DNA from: Candidatus Heimdallarchaeota archaeon
GTDB lineage: Archaea; Asgardarchaeota; Heimdallarchaeia; JABLTI01
DNA: 64,000 bases
NCBI GenBank assembly: GCA_019056785.1
Contig: DXJV01000029.1
Coordinates: 59,615-123,614 of the forward strand
Reading direction: 5' to 3'
The notes beneath the pieces were generated by a model. The model was not told the origin of the DNA. It saw only the letters and a program-made list of their open reading frames with translations, and made no database searches. A program made the translations under genes and the position numbers. Positions 18,685-28,065 of the stretch are shown in pieces. The number at the start of each line of letters is the position of its first letter. The first letter of the stretch is position 1.

Positions 18685-19986
18685 TCAAGTGCGCTTGAAA
18701 GTTACCTGCATTGCATGTGCTGAACAAGAGATACAGGGGTCATAAGAACGAACAAGCATATTAAGAAAGAGCTCGATTTCCTCATCCTTCTTATCGGCAA
18801 GGAGAGGGGCAAATTTCTTAGCATCATCTTCGATCTTGTTAACATTGTGAGCCGTGGGAGTGATAACGTCTGCTCTTAAGATAACCCCTTCATGATTTAC
18901 ATCATACGAATGATTTAACAATCCTCGCGGGGCTTCGGTTGCAATTGTTCCTGTTCCAGCTCGAATCTTGAACTTTTTGTTGTCATCCTTAGGTGGAGTT
19001 TCGATGTATTTATCAACAATGGCTATTGCTTCGTCTACGCAATGCATCAATTCAATTACACGAGCCAAATTATTGGCGAAGGGATTGAAGCTGGGAAGTT
19101 TGAGACCAAATTGAATGATAAGTGCTTTTGCATCATCTGAGAGAAAGTCGTGATTAATATTCACTCGCGCAAGTGGCGAAACATAATAAACAACATCGCC
19201 GTTCAACGTGGAAAATTTCGCTGTCGAATAGGCACGAACATCTTCAACAATGAAGTCTTTTTTATAATCATCCGCCGGCTGAACTTTGCCACTGAGCAAG
19301 CATTTAAGATCTCCCTCGAGAAAAGGATAGCTTTTACCATCATAAACAGCTACTTGTTCCGTCTTGTTTTCGTATTGGGGCATTTCTAAAAAGGTATACA
19401 AGTCAGCAAGCACTTGGGTACCATCTTTAAATTCAAGGAGCTTCTTTTTCATCTCCTCAAGTTGGTGAGTGGTTGGATAAAGGCCAAACCCACCTGGCTT
19501 GATGTTTACAGGATGGATTTCACGCCCGCCTATTAATGCTTGTAAGTCGTTTGCAATGCGCTTCATCCTAAGCACTAATTTCACTTCATTGGGGTAATCG
19601 GTGGCCATTTGAATAGCACCATCATAACCCAGAAAGTCCGGTAATGCTAACATACCCACATGGAGTATATGAGATTGTAAGTTTTCACCGTGATCCAACA
19701 GAACCCGAAATTCTTGCACTTGGTCGCTTGGTTTAATGCCAACAGAGCGCTCGAGAGCAGAAACCGCTGATAATTGGTGAGAAACACTGCAAATCGCACA
19801 AATTCTCGACATGATGTTAATTGCTTCGTCATATTTTCTTCCGACAGCAAAACCTTCGAAAAAGCGCGCGCCTTCAACAACTTGCATCTCAACCTTTTTC
19901 ACAGTTTCACCATCCATCTCAACGAGCAAATTTCCATGTCCTTCAACACGACAAATGTGTTCAATGTGATAGGTTTTTTTCGTCAT
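18685..19986 (-). CDS. hydA: [NiFe] hydrogenase large (alpha) subunit, group 3
   Basis: 433 aa. N-terminal RVEGHG and RICAICSVSH (CxxC), C-terminal DPCISCSAH (DPCxxCxxH), which are the Ni-Fe ligand motifs. Confidence 0.9.
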   Translation of the reverse strand: MTKKTYHIEHICRVEGHGNLLVEMDGETVKKVEMQVVEGARFFEGFAVGRKYDEAINIMSRICAICSVSHQLSAVSALERSVGIKPSDQVQEFRVLLDHGENLQSHILHVGMLALPDFLGYDGAIQMATDYPNEVKLVLRMKRIANDLQALIGGREIHPVNIKPGGFGLYPTTHQLEEMKKKLLEFKDGTQVLADLYTFLEMPQYENKTEQVAVYDGKSYPFLEGDLKCLLSGKVQPADDYKKDFIVEDVRAYSTAKFSTLNGDVVYYVSPLARVNINHDFLSDDAKALIIQFGLKLPSFNPFANNLARVIELMHCVDEAIAIVDKYIETPPKDDNKKFKIRAGTGTIATEAPRGLLNHSYDVNHEGVILRADVITPTAHNVNKIEDDAKKFAPLLADKKDEEIELFLNMLVRSYDPCISCSAHAMQVTFKRT

Positions 19987-20001
19987 TTTTCATTCCACCA
20001 A

Positions 20002-20814
20002 TTATTCAATAAAGTACTCCATTTTCTTCCCTTGTTCTTTCCATTTCTCTCGAAGGAAAGCTTTGAGTTGTTCGTCCTCAGCAGTGTATTTTAGCAAATG
20101 TCTGGTTATGTCTTCAATAGAGGCTCCTTTTTCAAGCATCAAATCAACTTGTTGCTGATAAGCAGCTTGCAAGATCGAGCCACGACAACCATCACAAGGC
20201 AAATTATGGCTTGGACAGAGAGCACCACAACCAGCTTGCATTACAGGACCCATACAGAGAATGCCATCCTCGAGGAAAATGCAGCGATTGCCTTTTTCTT
20301 TGCACTGCTGGCATACGGGTATATTCGGCAATTTTGGTGCCCCACCGGCTAAAACATACTTCACAAAATTAAGAAAGTCATATTTATTCACGGGGCATTC
20401 TAATAAATAGTGATCAACTTTTACAACTTGATTAAGAGGTTTCACTTTAATAACAGGATGCTTTTTCGCTCCTTCGGTTCCATATTGCCGTACGCGAACT
20501 TGTTCGTCGTTCATGAAATTGCGTAATGCTTGCACGCCACCAAAAACTGCACACGTACCAATTGCCACAAGGATCTTAGCCTTCTTACGCAGCTCTTTTA
20601 ACTCTTCTTCTTGTTTTTCATTGACAATACTGCCTTCAACAAAGAGAATATCGTAAGGACCTTCTTTATTACCTGTCATTGCCATTCTGAAATCGATGAT
20701 GTCAACAAGTTGCAACAAATCAAGGAGTTCATCCTCTAAATCAAGAATACTTAATTGACAACCCGCACAACCAGTAAAGCCAACAATGCCAATTTGAGGT
20801 TTTGCTGTAGCCAT
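20002..20814 (-). CDS. hydD: [NiFe] hydrogenase small (delta) subunit, group 3
   Basis: 270 aa. N-terminal GFTGCAGCQ plus the distal cluster cysteines CQQC...C...C, typical of the group 3 small subunit. Confidence 0.85.
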   Translation of the reverse strand: MATAKPQIGIVGFTGCAGCQLSILDLEDELLDLLQLVDIIDFRMAMTGNKEGPYDILFVEGSIVNEKQEEELKELRKKAKILVAIGTCAVFGGVQALRNFMNDEQVRVRQYGTEGAKKHPVIKVKPLNQVVKVDHYLLECPVNKYDFLNFVKYVLAGGAPKLPNIPVCQQCKEKGNRCIFLEDGILCMGPVMQAGCGALCPSHNLPCDGCRGSILQAAYQQQVDLMLEKGASIEDITRHLLKYTAEDEQLKAFLREKWKEQGKKMEYFIE

Positions 20815-20816
20815 TT

Positions 20817-21680
20817 TTAAAGCGCCTCCAAAAGCCCTTGAATCTCTTCAAGCGAAAAGACCGGTCCATCAAGGCAAACAAATTTGTCGCCAATACCACA
20901 ATGGCAACATTTTCCAACCCCACATTGCATTTTTCGCTCGAGAGAAAGGTAGATATTTTCGGGTTTAATCTTCAACTTTTCCAATTCCATCACCACAAAC
21001 TTGTACATAATTGGTGGCCCACAGATCATTGCAACAGTGTTAGCTGGGTCAATTTCATCTTTAATGAAGGGGAAAAGCGTAGTCACAACACCAATGTTTC
21101 CATCCCAGCAACGATCGTCGTCTCTATCCACGGTCTGATGAAAGATGATTTCTTTTTGTTGTTTATATTCATCTTTTTCTTCTGCAAAGAGCACATCTGT
21201 TGGACAACGGTCGCCATAAAGAATGAAAATTTTCCCAAAATCTGCTTTCTTTGCCACAGCTTCTCTAAAAGCAGAGCGGAGTGGTAAATAACCAATTCCC
21301 CCAGCAACAAAGAGAAGATCTTTCCCTTTATTTTCCTCAACAGGGAACCCATTTCCATAAGGACCACGAATACCAACGAGGTCGCCTTTTTTCAATTGGT
21401 GTATTTTTGTCGTAACATTCCCCACCATTCGGATGCCTAATTGAAATAAGCCTTTTTTATGAGGAGAAGAGGCAATACTGATTGGAACCTCACCAACACC
21501 AAAAACAGAGAGTAAAACAAATTGCCCGGGTTTATAGGTAAAACGTTCATTCAATTGAGAATCAGTAAACTGCAGCTCAAAAAGCTTGGTGTTATCAGTT
21601 AAAGACCGAATATCAACTATTTTTGCAGTTTGGGGTGTACAGTCTCCAAAATCATTATATTTTGCGATTGTCTTAGTCAA
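20817..21680 (-). CDS. hydG: Hydrogenase gamma subunit (FAD/NAD(P)-binding oxidoreductase with C-terminal Fe-S cysteines); start uncertain
   Basis: Ferredoxin-NADP reductase-like fold: KPGQFVLLSV..., GGIGYLPLRSA, C-terminal CGVGKCCHCG. The longest ATG ORF (to 21767) would overlap the beta subunit by 91 nt. A TTG at 21680-21678 overlaps the beta stop codon in a TTGA arrangement and is the more plausible start. Confidence 0.7.
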   Translation of the reverse strand: MTKTIAKYNDFGDCTPQTAKIVDIRSLTDNTKLFELQFTDSQLNERFTYKPGQFVLLSVFGVGEVPISIASSPHKKGLFQLGIRMVGNVTTKIHQLKKGDLVGIRGPYGNGFPVEENKGKDLLFVAGGIGYLPLRSAFREAVAKKADFGKIFILYGDRCPTDVLFAEEKDEYKQQKEIIFHQTVDRDDDRCWDGNIGVVTTLFPFIKDEIDPANTVAMICGPPIMYKFVVMELEKLKIKPENIYLSLERKMQCGVGKCCHCGIGDKFVCLDGPVFSLEEIQGLLEAL

Positions 21681-22762
21681 TTTGATACACCTCGAATCAT
21701 TTTCAAAACATCTCGGACATCTATATTTGCTGGGCAGTAAGTGATACAACGGCCACACCCAACACAACCTTCTAAATTATATCTTCTTGGGATGTCCACA
21801 AATTTATGCAAGTAGCGGTAGCGAAACCGCTGAGATTGGTGCTCACGGAAATTATGCCCGCCGGCAACCAAAGCAAATTCAGGGTAGTAGCAAGAATCCC
21901 AATCACGGATTCGTTCGCCCGTTTTCAAATCAATTGAGAGATTATCTTTAGTGCTAAAGCAATAACAGGTCGGACAAACGAAAGTGCAGGAGCCACAGAA
22001 AAGACATTTCTTGGTGAATTCTTCCCAAACTGAAGACTCAAAATTGTCCTCAATCTCGCTTGCGAGCCCTTCGACTGGAAACTCACTCTTAAAGTTCAGT
22101 CGTTTTTGTTCCAAAGCCTTAAGATATGCTTGGTGATCCTTGGTAGTAACCTCTTGGAATATTTCGCCATGTGTTCGGAGAAGAGCCTTCCCTTTATCAG
22201 AATTGGGAACAGCAATTAATTTTGTTTTTGAGATGGGCGTTAGCATAATATCATAACCGCTTTTTGGATCGTTCGAGTGCATCGTTTCACAGAAACAATT
22301 CTCATAGCAATGATCCAAACAATTCATACCAATTATCACAGTCCGATCACGAATCTGCGAGAAAAGAGCATCAGTATAATACTCATGGAAAATGCGATTC
22401 AAAACATTGACACCTGTGATGTCACATGGGCTTGCTCCGAAAACAAGAATTTTTTTCTCAGCTACTCTGGCAGCTAATTCTTCACAGCTTTCTGTTACAC
22501 CTTCAGAAAGGCTGTATTTAAAGACCGTTTGTTGGGATGGGAGGAAGATTTTTTTTAGTGGAATCATGGGGAGCTTTTCATTAAAAAGAATTGAGAATTC
22601 CACTTCTTCCGAGGATCGTACTTCCGAAAACGTTGGAACGTTCTTAGCCTTTGTGGGAGCAACGACAATGTGATCATTTACAAGTTCGTCTACAAGTTTA
22701 GGCAAATCTTTTTGTAAGATGATCTTTGAATACATATTTGTTTTCCCCGGTTTTAACTTCAA
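21677..22762 (-). CDS. hydB: Hydrogenase beta subunit (4Fe-4S ferredoxin-like, HydB/sulfhydrogenase-type)
   Basis: 361 aa. Several Cys clusters (CLFCGSCTFVCPTCYC, CVGCGRCITYCP) typical of the Fe-S beta subunit of group 3b hydrogenase. Gene order beta-gamma-delta-alpha. Confidence 0.8.
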   Translation of the reverse strand: MKLKPGKTNMYSKIILQKDLPKLVDELVNDHIVVAPTKAKNVPTFSEVRSSEEVEFSILFNEKLPMIPLKKIFLPSQQTVFKYSLSEGVTESCEELAARVAEKKILVFGASPCDITGVNVLNRIFHEYYTDALFSQIRDRTVIIGMNCLDHCYENCFCETMHSNDPKSGYDIMLTPISKTKLIAVPNSDKGKALLRTHGEIFQEVTTKDHQAYLKALEQKRLNFKSEFPVEGLASEIEDNFESSVWEEFTKKCLFCGSCTFVCPTCYCFSTKDNLSIDLKTGERIRDWDSCYYPEFALVAGGHNFREHQSQRFRYRYLHKFVDIPRRYNLEGCVGCGRCITYCPANIDVRDVLKMIRGVSN

Positions 22763-22887
22763 ATTAAAATGTGCGAGTTGTTTCGAAAGAGCCCATATTT
22801 AATTATTGTCATAGCGGTTTAATTATAAAAAAACAATGCTTCAAATAAAAGGCAAAAAAAAGAACGAGCTAAAAAGGATGAAAAAAA

Positions 22888-23676
22888 TCATTCGATCAGG
22901 TGACTTTCTCGCAAGTGCAAAAGTAAATTCGCTAAATCAGGCAAAACAAGATCTGCTTGTTCAGCTAGTGCTGCTGAAGAAGCGATGGATTCTTTGGTTA
23001 ACTCACGAGTGATAAACACAGAACGAATCCCCATCCGTTTTGAAAGCGAGATTTCAGTTGTGGAGTTACCAATAAATAAACAATCCTCAGCTTTTGCACC
23101 AACAAGTTGAAGCATTTTTTTGTAGTAAAGGATGTCACTTTTCACAGCGCGTGTGTTTTCAAGGCCAACGATCGTAGTAAAATAGGGGAGTAAATGACAA
23201 CCTGCCAAGATACCAAAAGTATGGCGAGTATGAGCAGAAGAGGCAATATGAAGTGTAGCAGCTTGCTCTTTGAAAGCACAGATTTCAGCCAGTACCTCAG
23301 GATAGCGGCAACAAATTTGGGAGGGGACAGTATATTCCAGGAATTCTGCCAGTTGCCGATAGTCGCCTTGAAAGTGATCTTTAACCAAGCTTTGTGCCCA
23401 AACTTCATTAGCATGCTCATAATTGGCAATAATTACCTCAGGCGGGAGACCTTTTGCTTTATCCCAGAAACGAACCCATTTGCGATTAGCCTCTTCCACA
23501 GCACGAGAAGCATCTTTTTTGGGAATTCCAAATTGCTTTTCGAGAAAGGTAATAACTTTCTGGTCATATTTTTTACTCAATTCTTTTTTCGAAACAAGAA
23601 CGCCGTGAAGGTCAAAAAGAATGTGTGCTTTTGCAATAGGAATGGGCTTTTTTTCTCGAAGATCAAATTTGCTCAA
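22888..23676 (-). CDS. HAD-superfamily hydrolase
   Basis: 262 aa. N-terminal ILFDLHGVLV (variant DxDG/T motif) and HAD-like C-terminal motifs. Confidence 0.6.
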   Translation of the reverse strand: MSKFDLREKKPIPIAKAHILFDLHGVLVSKKELSKKYDQKVITFLEKQFGIPKKDASRAVEEANRKWVRFWDKAKGLPPEVIIANYEHANEVWAQSLVKDHFQGDYRQLAEFLEYTVPSQICCRYPEVLAEICAFKEQAATLHIASSAHTRHTFGILAGCHLLPYFTTIVGLENTRAVKSDILYYKKMLQLVGAKAEDCLFIGNSTTEISLSKRMGIRSVFITRELTKESIASSAALAEQADLVLPDLANLLLHLRESHLIE

Positions 23677-23757
23677 TTATAGCACCACTTTTTAGACTAA
23701 TACCAGCCAATTGTTTCAATTGCTTTTTCTCCGTCATTTTAAAAGTTTTACTCGAGA

Positions 23758-24843
23758 TTACTCCTGTTGTTTATAAAACCAGCTTGGCTTTAGAAGCGTC
23801 TTTTGGGGATCGAGATACTCCAAACCTGTGAGGATGGCCTCCTTAGGGTGGACTGAGAATTTAAATCCTAATTGTAACAATCGTTCAGAATTAAAGTAAA
23901 AACTACGGCCAATATAATGCGAAGTTGTTGGTGAGAGAGCCACTTTAAGTAAGTTGATACGCGGAAAGATTTTGTGAAGCAAAACAATGAATGGACGAAG
24001 GATTTTGAAAAACCAAAAAGTAATTGAGAATTTTGGCGGACGGCGATGGTAATATTCAGAAACTGTCTCGAGTATTTCTCGGAAGGTGATAAAACCTTGA
24101 GCAATATTGAAAATCGATTCTTGTAACATTCCACTTTGTTCTGCTAGGAAAACCTGTGCGCGAGCAATGTCAATTGGGGATGTCAAAGACATGATATATT
24201 TCCCTCTGTTGATCAATTTGGGGATGAATCGATAACTTAGAAGCTGAATAATAGTAGGTAAAAATTGTCTATCACCTGGTCCCAGAATAGGCCCCAGTCG
24301 AGTGATGATAAATCTCTTTTCAGGATAATCTTTTTGATAACTTTTAACCATCGCTTCTGCAAGGCGTTTTGTTACTGCATAAGCAAGACCTTCGGTCGGA
24401 CCAATAGGAAAGTCTTCATCAATCTGTAATTCTTTCTCTTTCTTTGACTCTGTGTCGTACACAGCTATTGAACTTGTATAAATAAAGCATTGAGCTTTTG
24501 AATTAACGAAAGCGTCAAGTATAATCCTGGTCCCAAGAACATTCGTAGGGTACATTTCCTCATATGAATGATTAACATTGATATCTGCAGCAATATGAAA
24601 GACAAATTGAATGCCATTGTTCATTGCTTCAGAAATAGTGTCACTTGCAAGAAGGTCGCCTTCAACAACATCTATCCCTAAATCAATTAACTCTTGTGCT
24701 TTGCCGGGATTTCGAATTAAGCAGGCAATGTCTAGTGGGCTCTCAACACCAAGTTTTTTCTCTTTAAGTAAATAATTGACTAGCTGTCTTCCAACTTGAC
24801 CTGTTGCACCTGTGATGAAAATTTTTGCCATTTGACTATCCAA
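23758..24843 (-). CDS. NAD(P)-dependent epimerase/dehydratase (extended SDR)
   Basis: 361 aa. N-terminal Rossmann motif IFITGATGQVGRQL and a YxxxK-type catalytic region. Confidence 0.8.
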   Translation of the reverse strand: MDSQMAKIFITGATGQVGRQLVNYLLKEKKLGVESPLDIACLIRNPGKAQELIDLGIDVVEGDLLASDTISEAMNNGIQFVFHIAADINVNHSYEEMYPTNVLGTRIILDAFVNSKAQCFIYTSSIAVYDTESKKEKELQIDEDFPIGPTEGLAYAVTKRLAEAMVKSYQKDYPEKRFIITRLGPILGPGDRQFLPTIIQLLSYRFIPKLINRGKYIMSLTSPIDIARAQVFLAEQSGMLQESIFNIAQGFITFREILETVSEYYHRRPPKFSITFWFFKILRPFIVLLHKIFPRINLLKVALSPTTSHYIGRSFYFNSERLLQLGFKFSVHPKEAILTGLEYLDPQKTLLKPSWFYKQQE

Positions 24844-24920
24844 CGTTTCAAATTCTTGACAAGAGAACGATTTTTCTTGTCATAATACCGATGCTTCTCT
24901 ACTTACAGCTTAGTGAGTTA

Positions 24921-25967
24921 TTAATTTTTTCTCTTGACCCAAGGTAAATTATGAATTGTTTCAATAACAAAATCAATGTCCTCTTTTTCAATGCCAAAGT
25001 GTGTTACTAGTCTGAAAGTCGTTTCCCACCGGCTGCTGACAAGGATGTTGTGTTTTGCCAATGCAGCTTTAAACTCTTTACCGCTAATGCCCAAGCCACT
25101 GATATCGATGAAAAGAATATTTGTATAACAATCATGCGTCGTTATTCCTGGGATATCCTCTAAACCCTTTTTGAGTCTTTGGGCATTCTTATGGTCCTCT
25201 GCAAGACGATCGATCATTTTTTCAAGAGCGATTAATCCCGGAGCGGCAATGATACCAGCTTGACGCATGCCCCCTCCCAGCATTTTACGAACCCGTAAAG
25301 CCTCCTCAATGAACTCTTGACTACCTGCAATAATTGAACCAATAGGGCAAGCTAGACCTTTGCTTAAACAAAACATAACTGAATCAGCATCTTTCGTCAG
25401 CTCTTGTGCAGAAACTCCCAAACTAATGGCAGCATTGAAAATGCGTGCCCCATCGATGTGCACTTTTAGATCGTGTTTCCGGGCGGCTGATATTAGTTGC
25501 CGAGTCTCTGAGACAGTCCAGGGAATCCCTCCGGCCATATTGTGAGTGTTTTCAATGGCAACTAAAGAGCTGATGGGATAATGCACATCTTTTCCTCTTA
25601 CTGCTTCTTGTAAAATCTCAGGCGTAATTAAATAGCCATTTTTTCCTACGACAGTTCGTGCTTGAAGAGAACCAATAACCGCAGAGGCGGCAACCTCATG
25701 TAAGAAGATATGGGAGGTTTGTTCCAGAATAATCTCATCGCCCCGATTTGTTTGGCTGACAACACCACAAATATTGCCCATCGTTCCTGAACAAACAAGC
25801 AGAGCTGCTTCCTTTCCCACTTTCTTTGCAGCTTTTTCTTGTAATTCATTAACCGTCGGGTCCTCTTTGTAAACATCATCACCCAATTTAGCCGTTCGAA
25901 TTGCTTCCAGCATCTCTTCAGAGGGAAGCGTAACAGTATCGCTTCGCAAATCTATTTTCTTCATCAA
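24921..25967 (-). CDS. ltaE: Low-specificity L-threonine aldolase (PLP-dependent beta-eliminating lyase family)
   Basis: 348 aa. IDLRSDTVT N-terminal signature and a PLP Lys region (CLSKGLACPIGS). Confidence 0.85.
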   Translation of the reverse strand: MMKKIDLRSDTVTLPSEEMLEAIRTAKLGDDVYKEDPTVNELQEKAAKKVGKEAALLVCSGTMGNICGVVSQTNRGDEIILEQTSHIFLHEVAASAVIGSLQARTVVGKNGYLITPEILQEAVRGKDVHYPISSLVAIENTHNMAGGIPWTVSETRQLISAARKHDLKVHIDGARIFNAAISLGVSAQELTKDADSVMFCLSKGLACPIGSIIAGSQEFIEEALRVRKMLGGGMRQAGIIAAPGLIALEKMIDRLAEDHKNAQRLKKGLEDIPGITTHDCYTNILFIDISGLGISGKEFKAALAKHNILVSSRWETTFRLVTHFGIEKEDIDFVIETIHNLPWVKRKN

Positions 25968-26120
25968 TTATGCCAGCACAAATTGTTTTAGAAAATGCTC
26001 TTCCTCTCAAAATTTAAAGGTTTTAATATGAATGTTTTTTTAGAGTAAAATGGGAGAAAAGACTTTAAAAAGAATGAAATTAATATCATACAAAAATAAA
26101 AAGTTTGAGGGCACTTTATA

Positions 26121-26783
26121 ATGCATAAACTCGATAAGACAGATTTAAGGATTTTATCTACACTTCTCGAAGATTCAAGGACAAGTTATGCAGCTCTTGC
26201 ACGAGAAACCAACTTGACTATTCCCTCAATTAAAACTAGAATCCAGAAATACATTGATTCCGGCTTAATTGAGAAATTCACCATCATCCTAGACACACAA
26301 ATGATTATGCGAGGAACCTCGATGACATTTTTAATGAAGGTTAAACCGAGCGACTTGGATCAAATTGCAAAAGACATTTACGATAGCCCGTTTATAGCCA
26401 ATATGACTATTACTTCAGGTCATTATAATTTACTAATTGTCACTCATCCAATGAGCGATAAAGATAAGCTTGAATTTATTAAGAAAATTAACTCCATCCC
26501 GGGAGATTCAGTAATGGAACTTGCTTCCTCAATTAACTTGGAAACATTTATGTGCAAACCCATTGAATTGCCAAATACGCCAATCAATCTTTTAATCCGT
26601 TGTGATTATTGCCATCGAGAATTCTCCGGCGAGATTTTTTCGAAAGCAATTTTAGGAAGAAAGAGGTATTTCTGCAGTCCTTTATGCCAAGAAAAATACG
26701 AGGATCGGGCAGAAAAGTATATCAAAGGCGAATTATTCACTCACCCAGACAAGGAAGCAAAAAAAGCCGAAACGAAGGATTAG
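26121..26783 (+). CDS. Lrp/AsnC-family transcriptional regulator with C-terminal TRASH zinc-binding domain
   Basis: 220 aa. N-terminal LDKTDLRILSTLLEDSRTSYAALARETNLTIPSIKTRI is an HTH_AsnC; C-terminal CDYCHREF...FCSPLCQEKY is a TRASH-like Cys motif. Confidence 0.8.
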   Translation: MHKLDKTDLRILSTLLEDSRTSYAALARETNLTIPSIKTRIQKYIDSGLIEKFTIILDTQMIMRGTSMTFLMKVKPSDLDQIAKDIYDSPFIANMTITSGHYNLLIVTHPMSDKDKLEFIKKINSIPGDSVMELASSINLETFMCKPIELPNTPINLLIRCDYCHREFSGEIFSKAILGRKRYFCSPLCQEKYEDRAEKYIKGELFTHPDKEAKKAETKD

Positions 26784-26845
26784 CATCTCAAACCTTTAGT
26801 TAAAAAGCGAAAAGCTTGTTCGGTTAACAAACAGGAGAAATAGTA

Positions 26846-27550
26846 TTGGTCAATGATAGAGAAATTTTAGCAGTTCTGTTTGATTTGGATGATACATTAT
26901 TCAATAGCAGCATGATGAGTTTGCGAGCACGAAGAAATAGCATTCGAGCAATGATTGAAGCGGGATTAGAAATCGAGGAAGAAGAAGGGCTTCAGAAACT
27001 TTTGGCAATCGTGGAAAAATACGGGTCAAATTATGGGCAACATTTTAATCGGCTCCTTGATAAGCTAGGAGTAAAGGAACAGCCAAAACTTATTGCGGCA
27101 GCTATTGTTGCGTACCATTCTACCAAACAAGCCTTACTACGACCATACCCTGGAGTAATTACCACATTATTAACATTAATGAAAAAAGTAAAGATCGGCA
27201 TTGTTTCCGATGGAGTGAAAATAAAACAATGGGAAAAACTAACTTATTTGGGCTTACAACACTTTTTTGATGTCGTTATAGTAAACGAGAAAAAAAACGA
27301 GTGGAAACCCGCAAAGGATGGATATGAGAAGGCATTGAAACAATTGAGGATAACAGAGCCAGAACGGGTCATCTATGTTGGAAATAAAATTGAAACAGAT
27401 ATTCTGGGAGCAAATAACCTGGGTATAATAAGTGTGCTATTTGATCCCCAGAAAAAATACTCTACAACAAAGGAAAAAGACAATCGAAAACCCGACTTCG
27501 TAGTACACCACTTTAAAGCCATCCTCAAGTTGTTAGAAATTAAAGGATGA
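26846..27550 (+). CDS. HAD-superfamily hydrolase
   Basis: 234 aa. Motif I LFDLDDTLF, plus downstream S/T and K...GD(xxx)D-like motifs. Confidence 0.75.
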   Translation: MVNDREILAVLFDLDDTLFNSSMMSLRARRNSIRAMIEAGLEIEEEEGLQKLLAIVEKYGSNYGQHFNRLLDKLGVKEQPKLIAAAIVAYHSTKQALLRPYPGVITTLLTLMKKVKIGIVSDGVKIKQWEKLTYLGLQHFFDVVIVNEKKNEWKPAKDGYEKALKQLRITEPERVIYVGNKIETDILGANNLGIISVLFDPQKKYSTTKEKDNRKPDFVVHHFKAILKLLEIKG

Positions 27551-27674
27551 AAGGAAAAAGAAGCCAAGAAAAAAGAAAGTCGTTTAGTTGAAAGGATAGG
27601 AGGAAAGAGGAGGAAAAAATTCCCCCAGATCAATTTCCAAATCAAATAGAATTTAAAAGGGAAAAAAGAAAGAA

Positions 27675-27956
27675 TTAAGCCTTACTAATGAAAGGCTTGG
27701 CTTTTTCACCATTTGAGCAAGTTGGAATATCTTTAGTGGAACCACAAGTCTTGTCGTGACAAACGAGTTTGTCACCTTCAAGCTCCATTAGCTCTCCACA
27801 GCAAACAGGCCAATCGATAATTGTGCCATCGTCGCATTTGAACACGAGTTTCATTTCCGCTTCTTGAGCTTTGGTATGTGTTTCTTTCAATTTTACACCT
27901 TTTAAAGCATCTTCGGATATTTCAATTTCTTTGTCAGACATTGGTTTTAACACCAT
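27675..27956 (-). CDS. Small cysteine-rich, putatively metal-binding protein; start moved to an internal Met
   Basis: The ORF track gives 133 aa, but the N-terminal 40 aa look non-genic. MVLKPMSDKEI...VCCGELMEL...CHDKTCG...C contains a desulforedoxin-like CCGE motif, though the first CxxC is missing. Confidence 0.4.
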   Translation of the reverse strand: MVLKPMSDKEIEISEDALKGVKLKETHTKAQEAEMKLVFKCDDGTIIDWPVCCGELMELEGDKLVCHDKTCGSTKDIPTCSNGEKAKPFISKA

Positions 27957-28065
27957 CCTCTTTTGTAGATGGATTTGCTTCCTATTTAATATTACGTTAG
28001 AGACATTCCAAATATAAATTTGATTCTCTAGCCACAGGCTAAAGCAAAAGAAAAGAAAGCAAAGC

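Noticed and set aside
20817-21767. Full-length ATG ORF for the hydrogenase gamma subunit, overlapping hydB by 91 nt
   Set aside because: A 91-nt same-strand overlap is implausible. The first 30 codons lie in the beta C-terminal coding region. A TTG at 21680 overlapping the beta stop gives a protein of typical HydG length (~287 aa).
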